Assembly: GCA_964016885.1 (NCBI GenBank)
Contig: OZ024745.1
Span: 113,274,001 to 113,338,000 of the forward strand
Source: Eledone cirrhosa
Lineage: Eukaryota
Length of the DNA: 64,000 nt
Direction: 5' to 3'
This document shows positions 12,735-26,990 of the stretch, one piece after another (position 1 is the stretch's first letter; each line of letters starts with the position of its first letter). The translations under genes and the position numbers were made by a program. The notes under the pieces are model-generated. The model did not search any database, was not told the DNA's origin, and worked only from the letters and a program-made list of their open reading frames with translations.

Positions 12735-13333
12735 TGTGTATTGTGCAAATAGCTTATCATACAAGAGAGAAAATAAAAAGATAACATGAAAAATATATTG
12801 CCGAGTGTTAAAGAGAGAAGCTATTCGGTGCCAATAAGGTAGCCTAGCCTAAGTTTGAAAACCTTGAAATCCACAGCTAAAACAAAAAGTAAGGCTTTAA
12901 TATACTTTATAAAGAAAAGCTATAGTGCTATGTATAACATAGGATTTAAAGTTAAAAGGTATTAGTCAAAATAAAGAAACAATATCTAGAATTATTCTGA
13001 ACGTATATGACGAATGTTGGCCGAGCGAAAGGAAAGGTTATGCAGTGCCCATAATATAGCCTAGCTTAAGTGTGAAAACCTTGAAATCCACAGCTAAAAT
13101 AAAAAATAAGACTACTGTACAGTAATATACTTTACAAAGAAAAGCTATAGTTCTGTGTATATGATTTTAAGTTAAAAACTATTAATCGAAATAAAGAAAC
13201 ACTATCAAGAATATATACTGTACTGTACAGGCCTATATGCCCAATGTCGGCAGAAAGTCACTCGTTTAACGACCATTTCGCTTAACGAACCCGTTATTGG
13301 AACGTAACCCGTTCGTTAAACGAGGAGTACCTA
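11708..13333 (+). mobile_element. Tigger/pogo DNA transposon, 5'-truncated
   Basis: DDE_1 transposase relic plus a Tigger-like right TIR ...CGTAACCCGTTCGTTAAACGAGGAGTACCT(A)TA; ~217-bp internal duplication (12841-12992 / 13058-13212); no left TIR seen. Confidence 0.9.
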
Positions 13334-13337
13334 TATC

Positions 13338-13376
<39 letters not shown>

Positions 13377-13747
13377 TTACATATATATATAGATATAGAT
13401 ATATATTCTTACCTGAAGCCAAACATTCTTTATGGAGGCGGACAGTACCTGATTTTTGAGTCGCAGAAACCAAATACTGGATTTTACCATCAGTCCAGGG
13501 TCCGGGAAAGTATCAACACATATATTTTTATTGTTTGACCCGAATTACTTGGTCGTTTGTTTTGGCTGTGCGGATGATATGTTTAACCATCATCTCAGTG
13601 TGTTTGGCCCTTAACGTATGTTGTAGCTCTGATTCGCATGAGTCATCGAGCACTTGCCACACATATCGGGTGTTGATTTTCGTTAATTCCTGTGCTGAAA
13701 TACGATTCTCGCTAATTTATATTTGTAGATATATATATATATATATA

Positions 13748-13860
13748 TAACGAAGAAGTTGTGGTAAGAAACCAGATGAACCATAACGCACCAGAGTACA
13801 GTCCAGAAATAGCCGTCAAAACGGGTTGAGCTCTGCCGTTGGGGTCATACATTTTCCTAT
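13748..13860. mobile_element. internally deleted copy of hairpin family B
   Basis: Shares TAACGAAG..GTGGTAAG..ACCAG..ACCATAACGCACCA and CCAGAAATAGCCGTC..GAGCTC with the 17082 and 30451 copies. Confidence 0.7.
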
Positions 13861-13877
13861 ATATATATAGGTAAGTT

Positions 13878-14062
13878 ATTCCGGGTTCAATCGGGGGTAA
13901 CCACATTAAGTAAGGTACTCAATACATAGCAGAGTATAAATATTTTAATATAGAAAAGCTTCTACAGGACTAAAACGGTTTTATTCGTGAGAAATCATCA
14001 GGAAGCTTCCTGATGATTTCTCACGAATGAAACAGTTCTAGTCCTGTAGAAGCTTTTCTATA

Positions 14063-14066
<4 letters not shown>
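13878..14066. mobile_element. fold-back element family A (other copies ~14165-14460, 56945-57090, 58851-58892 + 59118-59272)
   Basis: ~60-bp inverted arms 13945-14066 centred on AAGCTT; shared tail GGGTTCAATCGGGGGTAAC...GTACTCAATACA. Confidence 0.8.
14003..14055 (+). ncRNA. type I hammerhead ribozyme
   Basis: AAGCTTC-CTGATGA-TTTC TCAC GAAT-GAAA-CAG ttctagtc CTG-TA^-GAAGCTT. Confidence 0.8.
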
Positions 14067-14096
<30 letters not shown>

Positions 14097-14560
14097 TATA
14101 TATATACATATATATTTATATATATATATATTTATATATGTACATATATATAGATATATTTAGATCGCCATTTAAATCGGGGATAAACCATAGTAAACAA
14201 AGTGCTCAGTACATTAGTAGTGTGAAAATATCACAATTAACATAGAGAAGGCTTCGACAGAACTAAAACTGGTTCATTCCTATGAAATCATCAGGAATGC
14301 CAGGTGACATATTAAGTCATTGACATTTATAGATTTCATTGTGGTTTGGTGGGGGGTTATTTCTAGGGGCAGAAATGAAGTAGTGGAAAGAGGGGGCCGG
14401 GAGAAAAAGGAAGGTGGTGATGTACAATCCTCTAAATAGGTGGAAAGGAATCCTTATATAGAAATAAATATACAAATATATGTATATATACACACACATA
14501 CAAACACACACACACACACACATATATATACATATATGAATAAACATGTATTTATATTAT

Positions 14561-14593
<33 letters not shown>

Positions 14594-14623
14594 TTCCACG
14601 CTAACATGGGTTTAGATGTATAC

Positions 14624-14699
<76 letters not shown>

Positions 14700-14785
14700 A
14701 TAATAATAAATTTGAAGACTAAAATCCAAAGAGGGCTCGATAAGGATAAATATATTCTTTGCTTAAACTTTAATCTGTTATTTTA

Positions 14786-14895
<110 letters not shown>

Positions 14896-15241
14896 ATACA
14901 TAAATATGATGAATATACATTTATATTAAAAAAATATAAATGTATAAATATATACATATGTGCCTCTATATATATATATATACACACACATATATATACA
15001 CATATATATGTGTGTATATATAAACGTATGTGTGTACATATATATGTATTCGTTTGTGCTTGTATGTGTACATTTTTGTGTGTGTTTTGATGCTATTAAT
15101 ATTACTTTGCCTTTCATCCTTACGGGGTCGATAAAATAAAGTACCAGTAATACACTGGGTAATTTTATGGCCTTGTGCCTAACGTAGAAACAATTAATAT
15201 TAACCATTGCTAAATAATATTGTTGTTAATATTGGTGCACA

Positions 15242-15282
15242 CTACTGCTGATGCTGATGCTGATGCTGATGCTTGTGCAGTT

Positions 15283-15317
<35 letters not shown>

Positions 15318-15340
15318 GTGCTGCTGCTGCTGCTGCTGCT
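15242..15340. repeat. (GCTGAT)n/(ACT)n/(GCT)n compound microsatellite
   Basis: Seen directly. Confidence 0.9.
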
Positions 15341-16400
15341 ATGGTCAGTTTATTTATCATTTTGTTGTTAACCTTCTGTGCGATAAACTAACAACTCCTG
15401 CTGACGTTTCGAGATTCGTATGTTCACGCTTTCTCCAGCAGCTTGCGATCCGGCCGTGATGCTGACAAGATATATCCATATTACACACTACACTAACTAG
15501 AAACGTCTCTCATTCTGCCTTATTATACCGACCGACCGACCATTCTACTCCTACCACTATTACGACAACCACTGCCAAGTCTTTCTACTTTGCAGTTTGT
15601 CGTGTTTTTTGTAGTTTTCGGTTGCGTTTTGCTAATGCGGTGCTTGAATTGCTTTACGTTCTCAAGTATTTTCAAAGGATGTGTGCCCGGTTCTAAGCAG
15701 ATGTATACTGATGGTAAGTACCCTATTATAAACAAACTTACTCTGTTTCATTTCTTGTTTTGGCATATTTATATATACATATATATAGTTCATTCATTAA
15801 CTACTTTCTTACAGTTAATAAGAAATATATGAGATGCAAGAAATAACAGCCAAATACCGCTCCGATCACGTCCTATCGTCTTTAATAAAAAGAACGACTG
15901 ATCATGAAGTATGGAATGTTTTCGATCCTAGGCATTCATCGATCTTGACATTTTTGGGGCGAAACAAAAATAACAAACACATCAACGACTGCTTTATTTA
16001 TATCTTTATATTCCATTCGTTCTATCTATCCCTTTATCTATCCATTTATTTTCATCCATTCATTCATTTATTTCGTCTGTCTTCCGTTATTTCTATTCCT
16101 TCCCCTTTTCAACTACTTTCTCCCTCTCTTCTTTCTCGAGTTCATTCTACTTTGGTATGCTTCATTTTAGATGACAACACACACACACGGATGCTCATAC
16201 ACACATACACAGAGACACACATAAGCAGACATACACACATACACAGAGACGCACGGACGCTCATACACGCATCCACAGAGACACACATAAGCAGACATAC
16301 ACCCACACGTATACACAAACATGAATAATAGTGTGATATGTGTGTATATTTCTTGATTAGTATCATGTGTATCAATATATCTATCTGTTTATCTGCTGTC

Positions 16401-16468
<68 letters not shown>

Positions 16469-16566
16469 TGTATATATATACAAGTTTTTGTGTAGGTGTA
16501 TGGGTGTTTATTTATTTGTATACATGTAAATATATATATATACATGTATACAAATAAATAAACACC

Positions 16567-16613
<47 letters not shown>

Positions 16614-16654
16614 ACACACATATATATATATATAACTTAATATATATATATATA

Positions 16655-16970
<316 letters not shown>

Positions 16971-17001
16971 GTATATATATATGTATATATATATATATAT
17001 A

Positions 17002-17081
<80 letters not shown>

Positions 17082-17084
<3 letters not shown>

Positions 17085-17272
17085 CGAAGGAAATGTGGTA
17101 AGGAACCAGATGGACCATAACGCACGAAAGTACTCAATACTTAGGGTAGTAGAGTGGGTAATAGGAACTAGTAGGACACCGACGGCTGAGCTCAAGCTGT
17201 TTCGACGGCTAATTCCAGAATTAGCCGTCGAAACGGCTTGAGCTCAGCTGTCGGTGTCCTACTCGTTCCTAT
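17082..17272. mobile_element. fold-back hairpin element family B in (TA)n
   Basis: ~55-bp inverted arms 17161-17272; each arm carries a hammerhead 3' half (GAAAC.GC..GAGCTC..G TC). Confidence 0.85.
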
Positions 17273-17542
17273 ATATATATATATTTGTGTGTGAGTGTGT
17301 CACATTTTGTAACAATCTACAAACCTTTTTAACTAACCTCATAACAAGTAACTTGCTTCGAACAGAAATAACAATAGTTCTATCTCTCATAGGAGATAGT
17401 TTAATCTATATAATTATCTCTAGTATTTGACACAAGTCATACATCTAACGGGATCTTATGCTCTAGGGTTCTTATATATTTGATATATATGTATCCTTAT
17501 CGAACCCTCTTTGGATTTTAGTGTTCACAATATTATCATTAC

Positions 17543-17630
<88 letters not shown>

Positions 17631-17776
17631 CTTAGGTTAATAGGAATTAGGTATTGTATACCCGTATCCCATTAAGGTATTGGCAGCATAATAATTAGCT
17701 CTATGCTTTGGAGCAGAGCCGTATATTTCTAATTACCTCATGTACTTTCTTCTCCGTTATATATATATATATATAT

Positions 17777-17867
<91 letters not shown>

Positions 17868-18724
17868 CCACACACACACCCCCACACACACATACATATG
17901 TATATGTATAAACATCGTGTGCGTTGCGGCGAATAGAGTACTCAGTGGAATTCGTTCCAACTCTCTACACCCTGAGTTCAAAGCTCCGCCGAAGTAAACT
18001 GGTATCAATGCTTTCTATATATTCGTCTCTCTCTCTCCCTATCTCTCTCAGTCGCTCTCTCTCTCCCTCTCTCTCTCTCTCTCCTCATTTGGAAGAGAAT
18101 CGGCTGTGATCAGACCCAGATAGGGGATGGGCTCTCCCAAGCTCAAGATGACTAAGACTAATCGAGTGTCACGACGGAGCCACTATGATTCCATCAGGAA
18201 TTACGGGTCCATACTCAGATATATATATCGTGCATGGCGATTTTTAGCGTGCAAAAAGCTGCTCATGTATGTATAGGAATGATTTACAAAACTAAAACAT
18301 TGCTATTTAAACATATATAGCATATTAAGTGGCTACATATTTCTGCACTTACATTTAGATGTGTGTGTGTTTGTGTGTGCGCAGGAGCACAGGTGTCTGG
18401 AATCATTCACACTAACTATCTCTTACTCATAAATATCGTTTGTTTACACACTCTTATCAGTTACAGTCACTAAACTCACATGCCTGTGTGTGTATGTGTG
18501 TGTGTGTGTGTGTGTGTTTGTGTGTGATTGTGTGTGTAATGTTTAAAGACTGTAGTCATTATATTTACAAAGATAAGCAACACTTTTGGAAGAATACAAT
18601 TTTATTGAACATGGCACAATATATTTCGGTGAATGTAGTCTGATATATACGTTTCACAACACAATTGATTTTGTTAAATCTCTCTATCAGTCTGTCTGCC
18701 TCTCTGTCAATCAACCAACCAATC

Positions 18725-18755
<31 letters not shown>

Positions 18756-18938
18756 AGGGTTGCACATTTTTTCGGGAGTATGTGTTACCCATATGTAATG
18801 TCTCCCCGACTAATTTTTAAATTGCATTTGTGATAGTATTTTACACGTTTATATTGTATGTAAACTTCCCCCTTTGTATTTGTCCCCTCCTTTTGTGCCC
18901 CTGTGGCTAATAAAGAAACATATCTATCTATCTATCTG

Positions 18939-19053
<115 letters not shown>

Positions 19054-19089
19054 GTCTGTCTGTCTGTTTCAATCAACCAACCAATTATC

Positions 19090-19212
<123 letters not shown>

Positions 19213-19451
19213 CGTAGGTGTCTGTGTGTCTATAGATGTTTACATATTATATTACGCACATGCACATATGCACACACACACACGCGTGCACATACGTACA
19301 CTCACATACACATAGACACACACAAACATATATAGTGTATACATACATATATGCATACTTACATACACACAAACATCCATACATCCATCCATCCATCCAC
19401 CCATCCACCCATCCATCCATCCAAACATACATACATGCATACATACATACA

Positions 19452-20005
19452 TGGTGGCTGCCAACTCGTTTGCGAGTACGGCCACTACTTTATATCCATG
19501 TAGGAGAACCCCTACCGATGCGCTGAACAAGTGTGACTTTTTAGTCCAGCCAGCGACTTGAAAACTCTGGTACAAATACTACACTTGTGACAATTATTGA
19601 CACATAGTGCTGGGCCCATGGTACCATGTGACGACAAGTGCAGAGAGATCTCCAGATATAAAGCAATGCCTGTGCCGTGAAGCTTTTATAGTGAGCAAAG
19701 GCACTGCACAAAGCCAGTCCCACTCTCTTAACCAAGATGATATTTACCAAAAGAAGAACAAGTCAACATCATTGGATACCATCAGGGTTGCAGGTGTTAT
19801 ATCAGAATTTTCCTTCTCCTAGAATTCTGCCTTGACAAAGGCTAAGGGGTCATCTCTCCCGGTGATTTTGGATGGCAATTGACTCATAAGAGCTCCTTTG
19901 CCCTTTGACAGGTTTTGTTTTTAGTCCTGCAGGATGTCCAAAGTCACCTTCCTCACCAAGAAACCTTGGTGGGGTTGCCAGTTTAGTCGCCAACGACCCG
20001 ACCAT
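19452..20005 (-). mobile_element. non-autonomous RTE/RTE-X-related short element
   Basis: Reverse complement contains CTAGGAGAAGGAAAATTCTGA, a motif typical of RTE-X-type 5' UTRs; both ends are homologous to 21147-21620. Confidence 0.6.
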
Positions 20006-20575
20006 ACATACATACAAACATAAATATATACATACATGCATACATACAAGCATACATATATACATTCATCCATCCATACATACATACACACACACATACA
20101 TACATACATACATACATATATACGTAAGTACATACATACATGCGTGCATGCAAACATACATACATGCTTACATATACATACACACACATATATATATATG
20201 TACATATTAAAATGCTATACTGATATATATATATATGTATGTGTGTGTGTATTTGTGCATGGGTGGATGTGCGTGTGTTTGGGTGGGGGCGTATCCGTGT
20301 GATTTTGAGTGTTAGCGTATGTATGTATGTATGTATGTATGTATGTATGTATGTATGTGTGCTTGTGAACGTATACACAAGGAGTACATAGGGCATGATC
20401 AGAAGAAAGAACAGAGACCAAGGCGCAAGAATAGGCATTAAGAAGGGCACATAATGTGTAACGAAAGACCTTTGACAATTAACAATTAAACAACCACAAG
20501 AATAGTCATTGAGAAGAGCACAGAATGTGTGACGAAAAATCTTGTGAGTGAAAGGTTATAGATGGAATCTATCTT

Positions 20576-20637
<62 letters not shown>

Positions 20638-20690
20638 ACTCTCTTTCTCTCTCTCTCTCTCTATTTCTCTCTCTCTCTATATATATATAT

Positions 20691-20924
20691 GAAATAACAA
20701 GGACGATTGGTTACTCCTTCATTACGTTTATTAGTTGGTGACGCGCGTTTCGCCACTGATTAGCTCAAGGTTCGATCTGTAACAATCTGACCCGACTCTG
20801 TAATCCGTTATTTTATTTCACTATAATACACTCTGTCTAGCTCTAGACCTCGACACTGAAGTGATCCTAAACATCGAGTGCTCACCCGGGTGAACCTATA
20901 GTAACTCCAAGTTAAACTCCCTGG

Positions 20925-20925
<1 letters not shown>
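20691..20925. mobile_element. (TA)n-flanked pLTR-like fragment with a degenerate hammerhead
   Basis: Minus strand has GCTAATCAGTGGC-GAAA-CGCGCG-TC-ACCAAC-AATAAA but the CUGAnGA box is broken; tail ACACTCTG...ATCGAGTGCTC. Confidence 0.55.
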
Positions 20926-20989
<64 letters not shown>

Positions 20990-21146
20990 ATCAGTTACAA
21001 CAGTGACATGTAGTACAAAACCTTAAGTTTCGTAGGGGTATTTACCCCAACTAATTCAGCCAGTTGTCATAAAACTCAAAATAAAATTCAAAATTCATAG
21101 CTAAAGGCATACACTCACGCACCCTTCCCCTCATATATATATATAT

Positions 21147-21620
21147 GATGGCTGCGAACTCTACTAAGAGTATTGCAATCGCATGTCAGATTATAGATTT
21201 CAGTGCACTTTTAGGCTAGTGCCAGCCACACAAACCGGTGACATATGCTGAACAAGCAATGCCTGTGCTTTAAAGATTTTTTAAGTGGGGAAAGGCCTTG
21301 CACTCGACCAATGCCACTCTCTGAGTATCGAAAATACTACTCGAAAAGGAGAACTAGTCAACATCACCGGATGCTCCCGAATCCGCAGGTGTTTTTTGAG
21401 AGTTTCCCTCTCCTAGAAACGTGTTGTGACAACAACTGGGGGACTTTCACTCCCATGTGAAAAAAACAAAAAACAAAAAAAAACTACTATTTGGATGGCC
21501 GTTGACTTTGCTGAGTTCCTGCGCCCTCTGTCGGGTCTTGTATTTCATCCCACAGGGTGTCCAAATATCACCCTCCTCACCAAGCTAGCTAACCGGTTTA
21601 GTCGCCGACGACACGACCAT
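21147..21620 (-). mobile_element. second diverged copy of the RTE-related short element
   Basis: Same termini as 19452-20005 (..GGCTGC.AACTC and GTTTAGTCGCC.ACGAC.CGACCAT). Confidence 0.6.
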
Positions 21621-21749
21621 GAGACAGGTTTTACTGGGTTACATGTTACCAGTAGCACTTGAGAGCGTCCTGACATGTATATATACACACACATATATAT
21701 ATATATACATACACGCACACACACACACACGCACACACACACACACACA

Positions 21750-21857
<108 letters not shown>

Positions 21858-22269
21858 ACAAAACAATTAAAACTATGTTCAATACAATTTATTGCTGACA
21901 ATCGTTTCTTCCAAACAGCCGTTTGGAATCATCGGAGCATTGTCAAAGTTTAAACATATAATTAACCTCCTATTCTACAATCATAAAGATATGTTTATAT
22001 TACTGTTGCTATCAACAGTGTCATATTCAAAGAGAGTGAAGATGGTGTGGTCAGAAGCAATGGGTATAATAAAGATTATAACAGAATTATAAATGAAAGT
22101 TTCTCGCAAAGGAGGACATTGTTTTGAACTCTATATTCCTGCCCTGTAAGACATCTGATGTATTTACATTGAGCTATTTTTCATACTGGTAATAAGGTGG
22201 TAAAAAATAAAAAAATACTGACCTTTCCTGTTTATAACTATATATAGTTTATATATAAGTATGAATAAT

Positions 22270-22364
<95 letters not shown>

Positions 22365-22366
<2 letters not shown>

Positions 22367-22747
22367 GTGTGTGTATACAACTACTGAACTTTCTTCAAAA
22401 TATCAAGAAGTACAATGATGCGTTGCAAACGTCATAATTTGGTGCAAATGTCATCCATAAAGGTAGCTCTATACCCACTTTGAAGATCTAAGGGCATGTG
22501 TAACACAGAATTGAACTACTTCACCCACTTTCAGAAGAAAACCCCAAATATTAACAACTCTATTTCACCAGTGATATGAAAATACAAGCACAGACAAGAT
22601 ATGAAACGAATAAAGAAACAAAGTATGCTACGTTACACACAAGAAACAGCTATAGTAGAAGTTTCAAATAAACCGTAGAATTAATTTATAACAAAATTTC
22701 ATTATTTATTTTCTTTAACCTAGGCAAAGTCGGTTACCTCTGCTAGT
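22365..22747 (+). mobile_element. non-autonomous Helitron (3' end clear, 5' end approximate)
   Basis: Ends in AACCTAGGCAAAGTCGGTTACCTCTG-CTAG-T, i.e. a degenerate subterminal hairpin plus CTAG followed by T. Confidence 0.55.
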
Positions 22748-22748
22748 G

Positions 22749-22818
<70 letters not shown>

Positions 22819-24235
22819 CATACATACATACATGCATGCATGCATGCATGCATACATACATACATACATACATACGTACATAAATACATACATATATGTA
22901 TATATGTATGTATGTATATGTTAAATTGTTTACACAAATTCGGAAAGACGTTTTGTATTATCATAAATTATAGAAACGTAACATACTACTTTATTTCTAG
23001 CACACTTAACATTTTAAAGTGTTGTTGCAAATTTTACCACCCGAATCATTCGAAAACGAAAGAGACGTCCTATTGTATTTACGTAAATTTTGTTTGACCA
23101 TTACCTCAGCTAAGAGTAAAATGTTTGATCTTTTAAATACTTATTTCGTTATTAAAAATCTGTTTATTTACACATTGTAAAGATGGTATTTTTTATTTCA
23201 CTAGCCGTAAGTGGAAATATCAACGCAGGAAGCCGTACTTATCACGCCCCCGGTACTTTATAAAAGAGATGTTGATAACTCTATAATGACATTAAAAAGT
23301 AAAATCACAAAAAATGCAATTAAAAAAACACACAAGCGTAGACAAGACACTTCGGAAATTACGCAGACAAAACAAACGAACATAATTGTAATGAAATTAC
23401 AGGCGTTAGCAAAATTAAATAAAGAAATAAATATATAAATAAATATCTGCTCTACTGACAGAAGCTAGTTTAACATTGGCAATGTTCTTAGTCCGAAAAA
23501 GGTATGGGAAGGCTCTCTGAGAAAAGAAACTCTGAGAAACGTATATCACAAGCATTTCTCATTGTTTGATAATTTTATTGAAGAAAAGTGCCAATTGAAA
23601 GCAGTAATTACAGGAATCCTTTACTGAAGTGTAGGGTAATGTTATTTCCATCGATCGTAGCATTGAATAAGGAGGTGTGTATATAGAATCTGAAATCGAT
23701 GAGGAAGTGAGACGACGAACAAATTTAGTAATACAAGGTTCACGGTTATGTAGATTTTTCAGACGTTGCTATTGGCTCATCACAACACATGCATTACAGT
23801 ACAAGCATGTTGCAAATGCTTAAATGACTAAAATTATGTCATTGGGTGGGGTCAATAAGGACACGCCAGTGACAGTGAACCTCGACGATCAACAATATAT
23901 TTTATGGAATTATTTCTGTATTCGCTCATGATTTATCAAACTTTCTTTGCGATTTCATGTATGAATAAAAGGACCAAAAGTACAATAATAAAGATAATAC
24001 AGCTCATTCTCGGACAACTCATTATTATATTTTCTTTTGTTTTCGTCATCCATATTTGATTTCCAGATTTATTTATTTCTCTCTTTCCTCGATTTTTGTT
24101 TTATTTTGTGAGGGGTGGGGTTGCTGTTGCTGTACATTTTTTCTGGCTATTGTGTCCAGTATACAGATGTAGAAAAATGCTTCTGCTAATCACTCCATGC
24201 GGAGCCAACATTCTTCTTCTTCTTCTTCTTCTTCT

Positions 24236-24860
24236 GCTAATTAAATTGGAGCGCCTACTCTTCAACTTCTTATGGAAGGGACATGTTTTGTTAGTGAAGC
24301 GGTCCATCTGCTGCCGATAGCCTCTACGCGGAAGACTAGGCATGCCATGACTGATGATGAACAAACATGCGCTGATGCTACTTCATCTCTAAATATTCGT
24401 AACCGCTGAAAAGGTGTGTTCGCGCTCTGTGAGGCCCGTGTCACAGCTCATCTTTTTGACTGAGCTGCAGTCGTAGGTCAAGCGAAGTCCGGGACAGGGC
24501 GCCTAGCCTGCTTCTGGATTATTGTCTGGGACTCACAGCCATCGACCACTCGAGCAAGGTGGTCAGTGGAAATTCGACACTAGATTTCTATGAATAATTA
24601 GTGGTGGGCAAGTGCGACGATGTTTTCGGAGGAATTCTGCGCGTCAACGAAATCGAACTGATCAGTCTGCTACGGAGAACTTTCGAGACGGAGATTATAG
24701 GCAATTACCAGAAATCGGTGGTTGTGCAGTGCTGCTGGTAATTACTGTCAGTCCGAGATAAAATCTACTGCATGAAAGTGCTGTCAAACGCACCTGTCCG
24801 AGATGAGCGCAGAGAGATGAAACCGTTCTTCACGGACGCTTCCAGTGTCCGAGTTTGAGA
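24236..24860 (+). mobile_element. Tx1/L1-clade LINE ORF2 fragment, degenerate
   Basis: LIKLERLLFNFLWKGHVLLVKRSICCR*PLRGRLGMP matches the 'F.FLW.G....V....P..GGLG.P' motif; GC-richer island. Confidence 0.7.
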
Positions 24861-25439
24861 ACAAACCCAAATGCGTTTTACTCGATTCTCTTCTTTACAC
24901 GAACGAAAATGGATACCCAATGGGCAGAGCACTCGTGTGAGTTATAAATAATGTAACAGCTACCATAATGATTCTATACGTTTCTATTAACACTGACATT
25001 TCATATAGTGCAAACATAATAAACACTGATGATGTATTTTAAGTACTATGGATATCTCCCGCAGCTGATTTTGATAAAGGAACAGTAGTTGATATTAATA
25101 TTCTGTCTTAGCGTATATATTATGATATCAAATCTCAGGGAAATCAAATGACTGTATTGATGCTCTGATAAATAGAACAATAGAAAGTCTATGTCTAAAA
25201 AAATATTTCATTTTTTTTATTGCTTATAACTGAACATTACAAACAAATGAAATATCAACCATTATATCACCGACCGTTCAATGATTGTTTTTACATAAAT
25301 AACAGATGTTCATGATTTCAATGGTCATGAATGAAAGATAAGATCGACAAGTCATACGTTAATCGTGATGTCTTTTTGGTTATAAATACTCCAAGGAATT
25401 ATCTTTGTACGACTAATACTATACATTCTTCCAATAGTG

Positions 25440-26075
25440 TATATTGATATACTTTGTTATGATTACTGTTATAAGGTGTGTTTGTTTTCAAATAAGACAC
25501 CATTATAAAGAAATCATTATTCTTACTACTACTATAAAGTATTTTTATTATGCCCACTGACATAAAATCATTTTGTTATGATCACCGGTATTCCTTTTTG
25601 TTAGCCAACAGCTGCAATGTGTTTTAAGTAATTTTATTATGACTTTTGAGATAACTCTTATCATGACCATTTTTATATAGTATTTTTTAGCAATAAATTT
25701 CGCTATAAAGTTTTAGTCTTCACTACTGTCTTTTAGTGTTTTTTTTAATACTCAGTTCCATAAAATATTTGAGTACTGAACTATGATTTACCCTACGAAC
25801 TATTATAAAGTCTACCACAACAAATTCATGCTATAATTCCTACGACTATAAATTATTTCTGTTGTGACTACTGCTATAAATTAATTTGTTATTGCAACTG
25901 GAATGAATATTTTGTTTGGACTGTAGCCTCAGATTTTCTATGCATACTACTGTAAAGTACTTTTTGTTATGGTTATTGCTATAAATATATTTACTTGTGA
26001 CTATAACCGTCAACTTTTTTTTATACTATAGCCATAAAACATGTTTGTTATGGCTACTGCCAACAAAGTTTTAAT
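25440..26075. repeat. highly degenerate ~25-bp AT-rich minisatellite (TTGTTATGACTACTGCTATAAA-like)
   Basis: Recurrent ttgttatga..actg.tataaa motifs at roughly 25-27-bp spacing. Confidence 0.6.
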
Positions 26076-26174
26076 GTAGATGTTACAACGATTTTCAGGT
26101 TTTTGCTTCACAGAAATAAAACTCAAATTACTTCGCATGTTTTCTTTTCGTTTACACGTTTCTTGTTTATTTAG

Positions 26175-26397
26175 CTATTGTGAAATTCTTGAATGTATTA
26201 CCGATTTATTCTACAAGGCAAGTCCGCAAGAATGCCTGAACTCATAGCTGCTAGCGCAAAGGAACATTTACTAAATTTACTGGGATGAGGCTGCTGGCAT
26301 CAATAGATCATTTTGCTATGGAACTGGTTTAATTTACGGATGTTCGAGATGGACATAATACAGCACCGGTAACAAAATCGATACTGATATTTTAAAG
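26175..26397 (+). other. candidate exon with stops in all frames
   Basis: ttgtttatttag| acceptor and AAAG|gtaact donor; internal AAG|gcaagt possible GC donor. Confidence 0.3.
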
Positions 26398-26540
26398 GTA
26401 ACTTAATATTCTATTGCCACAAATAATACGAGCTAGTATTAATTTATGCTATATTTTCGAACATGTTAGATCAGCAGTTCAATATACGCTTTAAATACTT
26501 TCCAAGCTAAACCTCAATAATTGCATTTTATGTTCTACAG

Positions 26541-26679
26541 CTTTCTCTCAATCCTGGGCTCACCTTTAAACCCGAGAAAAATTATAGAACCTAATTGTTA
26601 TAAATGTAATAATCCCTATTGAAGAAGAACTATCATTTGCTATTCTAGATTGTAAAAATTAGAGGGGCTGTGAGCACAC
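26541..26679 (+). other. candidate exon with stops
   Basis: ttttatgttctacag| acceptor and CAC|gtaagt consensus donor. Confidence 0.35.
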
Positions 26680-26890
26680 GTAAGTCTCTATAGTATTTCT
26701 CAGCTCGTATATTTATATGTATGTATGCATATAGGTAACACTAAGATAGTGTATTTTTTATATACGTTCAGGTAACCATACAAATGTACTATATTCATTG
26801 TTGTGTTTGATCAATCATTCTTTTCATGTTTAGGAGCAAACAGTCAAATGTAAATTATCATTCATGATAATAGTTGTTTTTATAAGTACG

Positions 26891-26990
<100 letters not shown>

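Noticed and set aside
13535-13710. GIY-YIG-like 'YVKGQT' on the minus strand
   Set aside because: A single short motif flanked by stops is insufficient.
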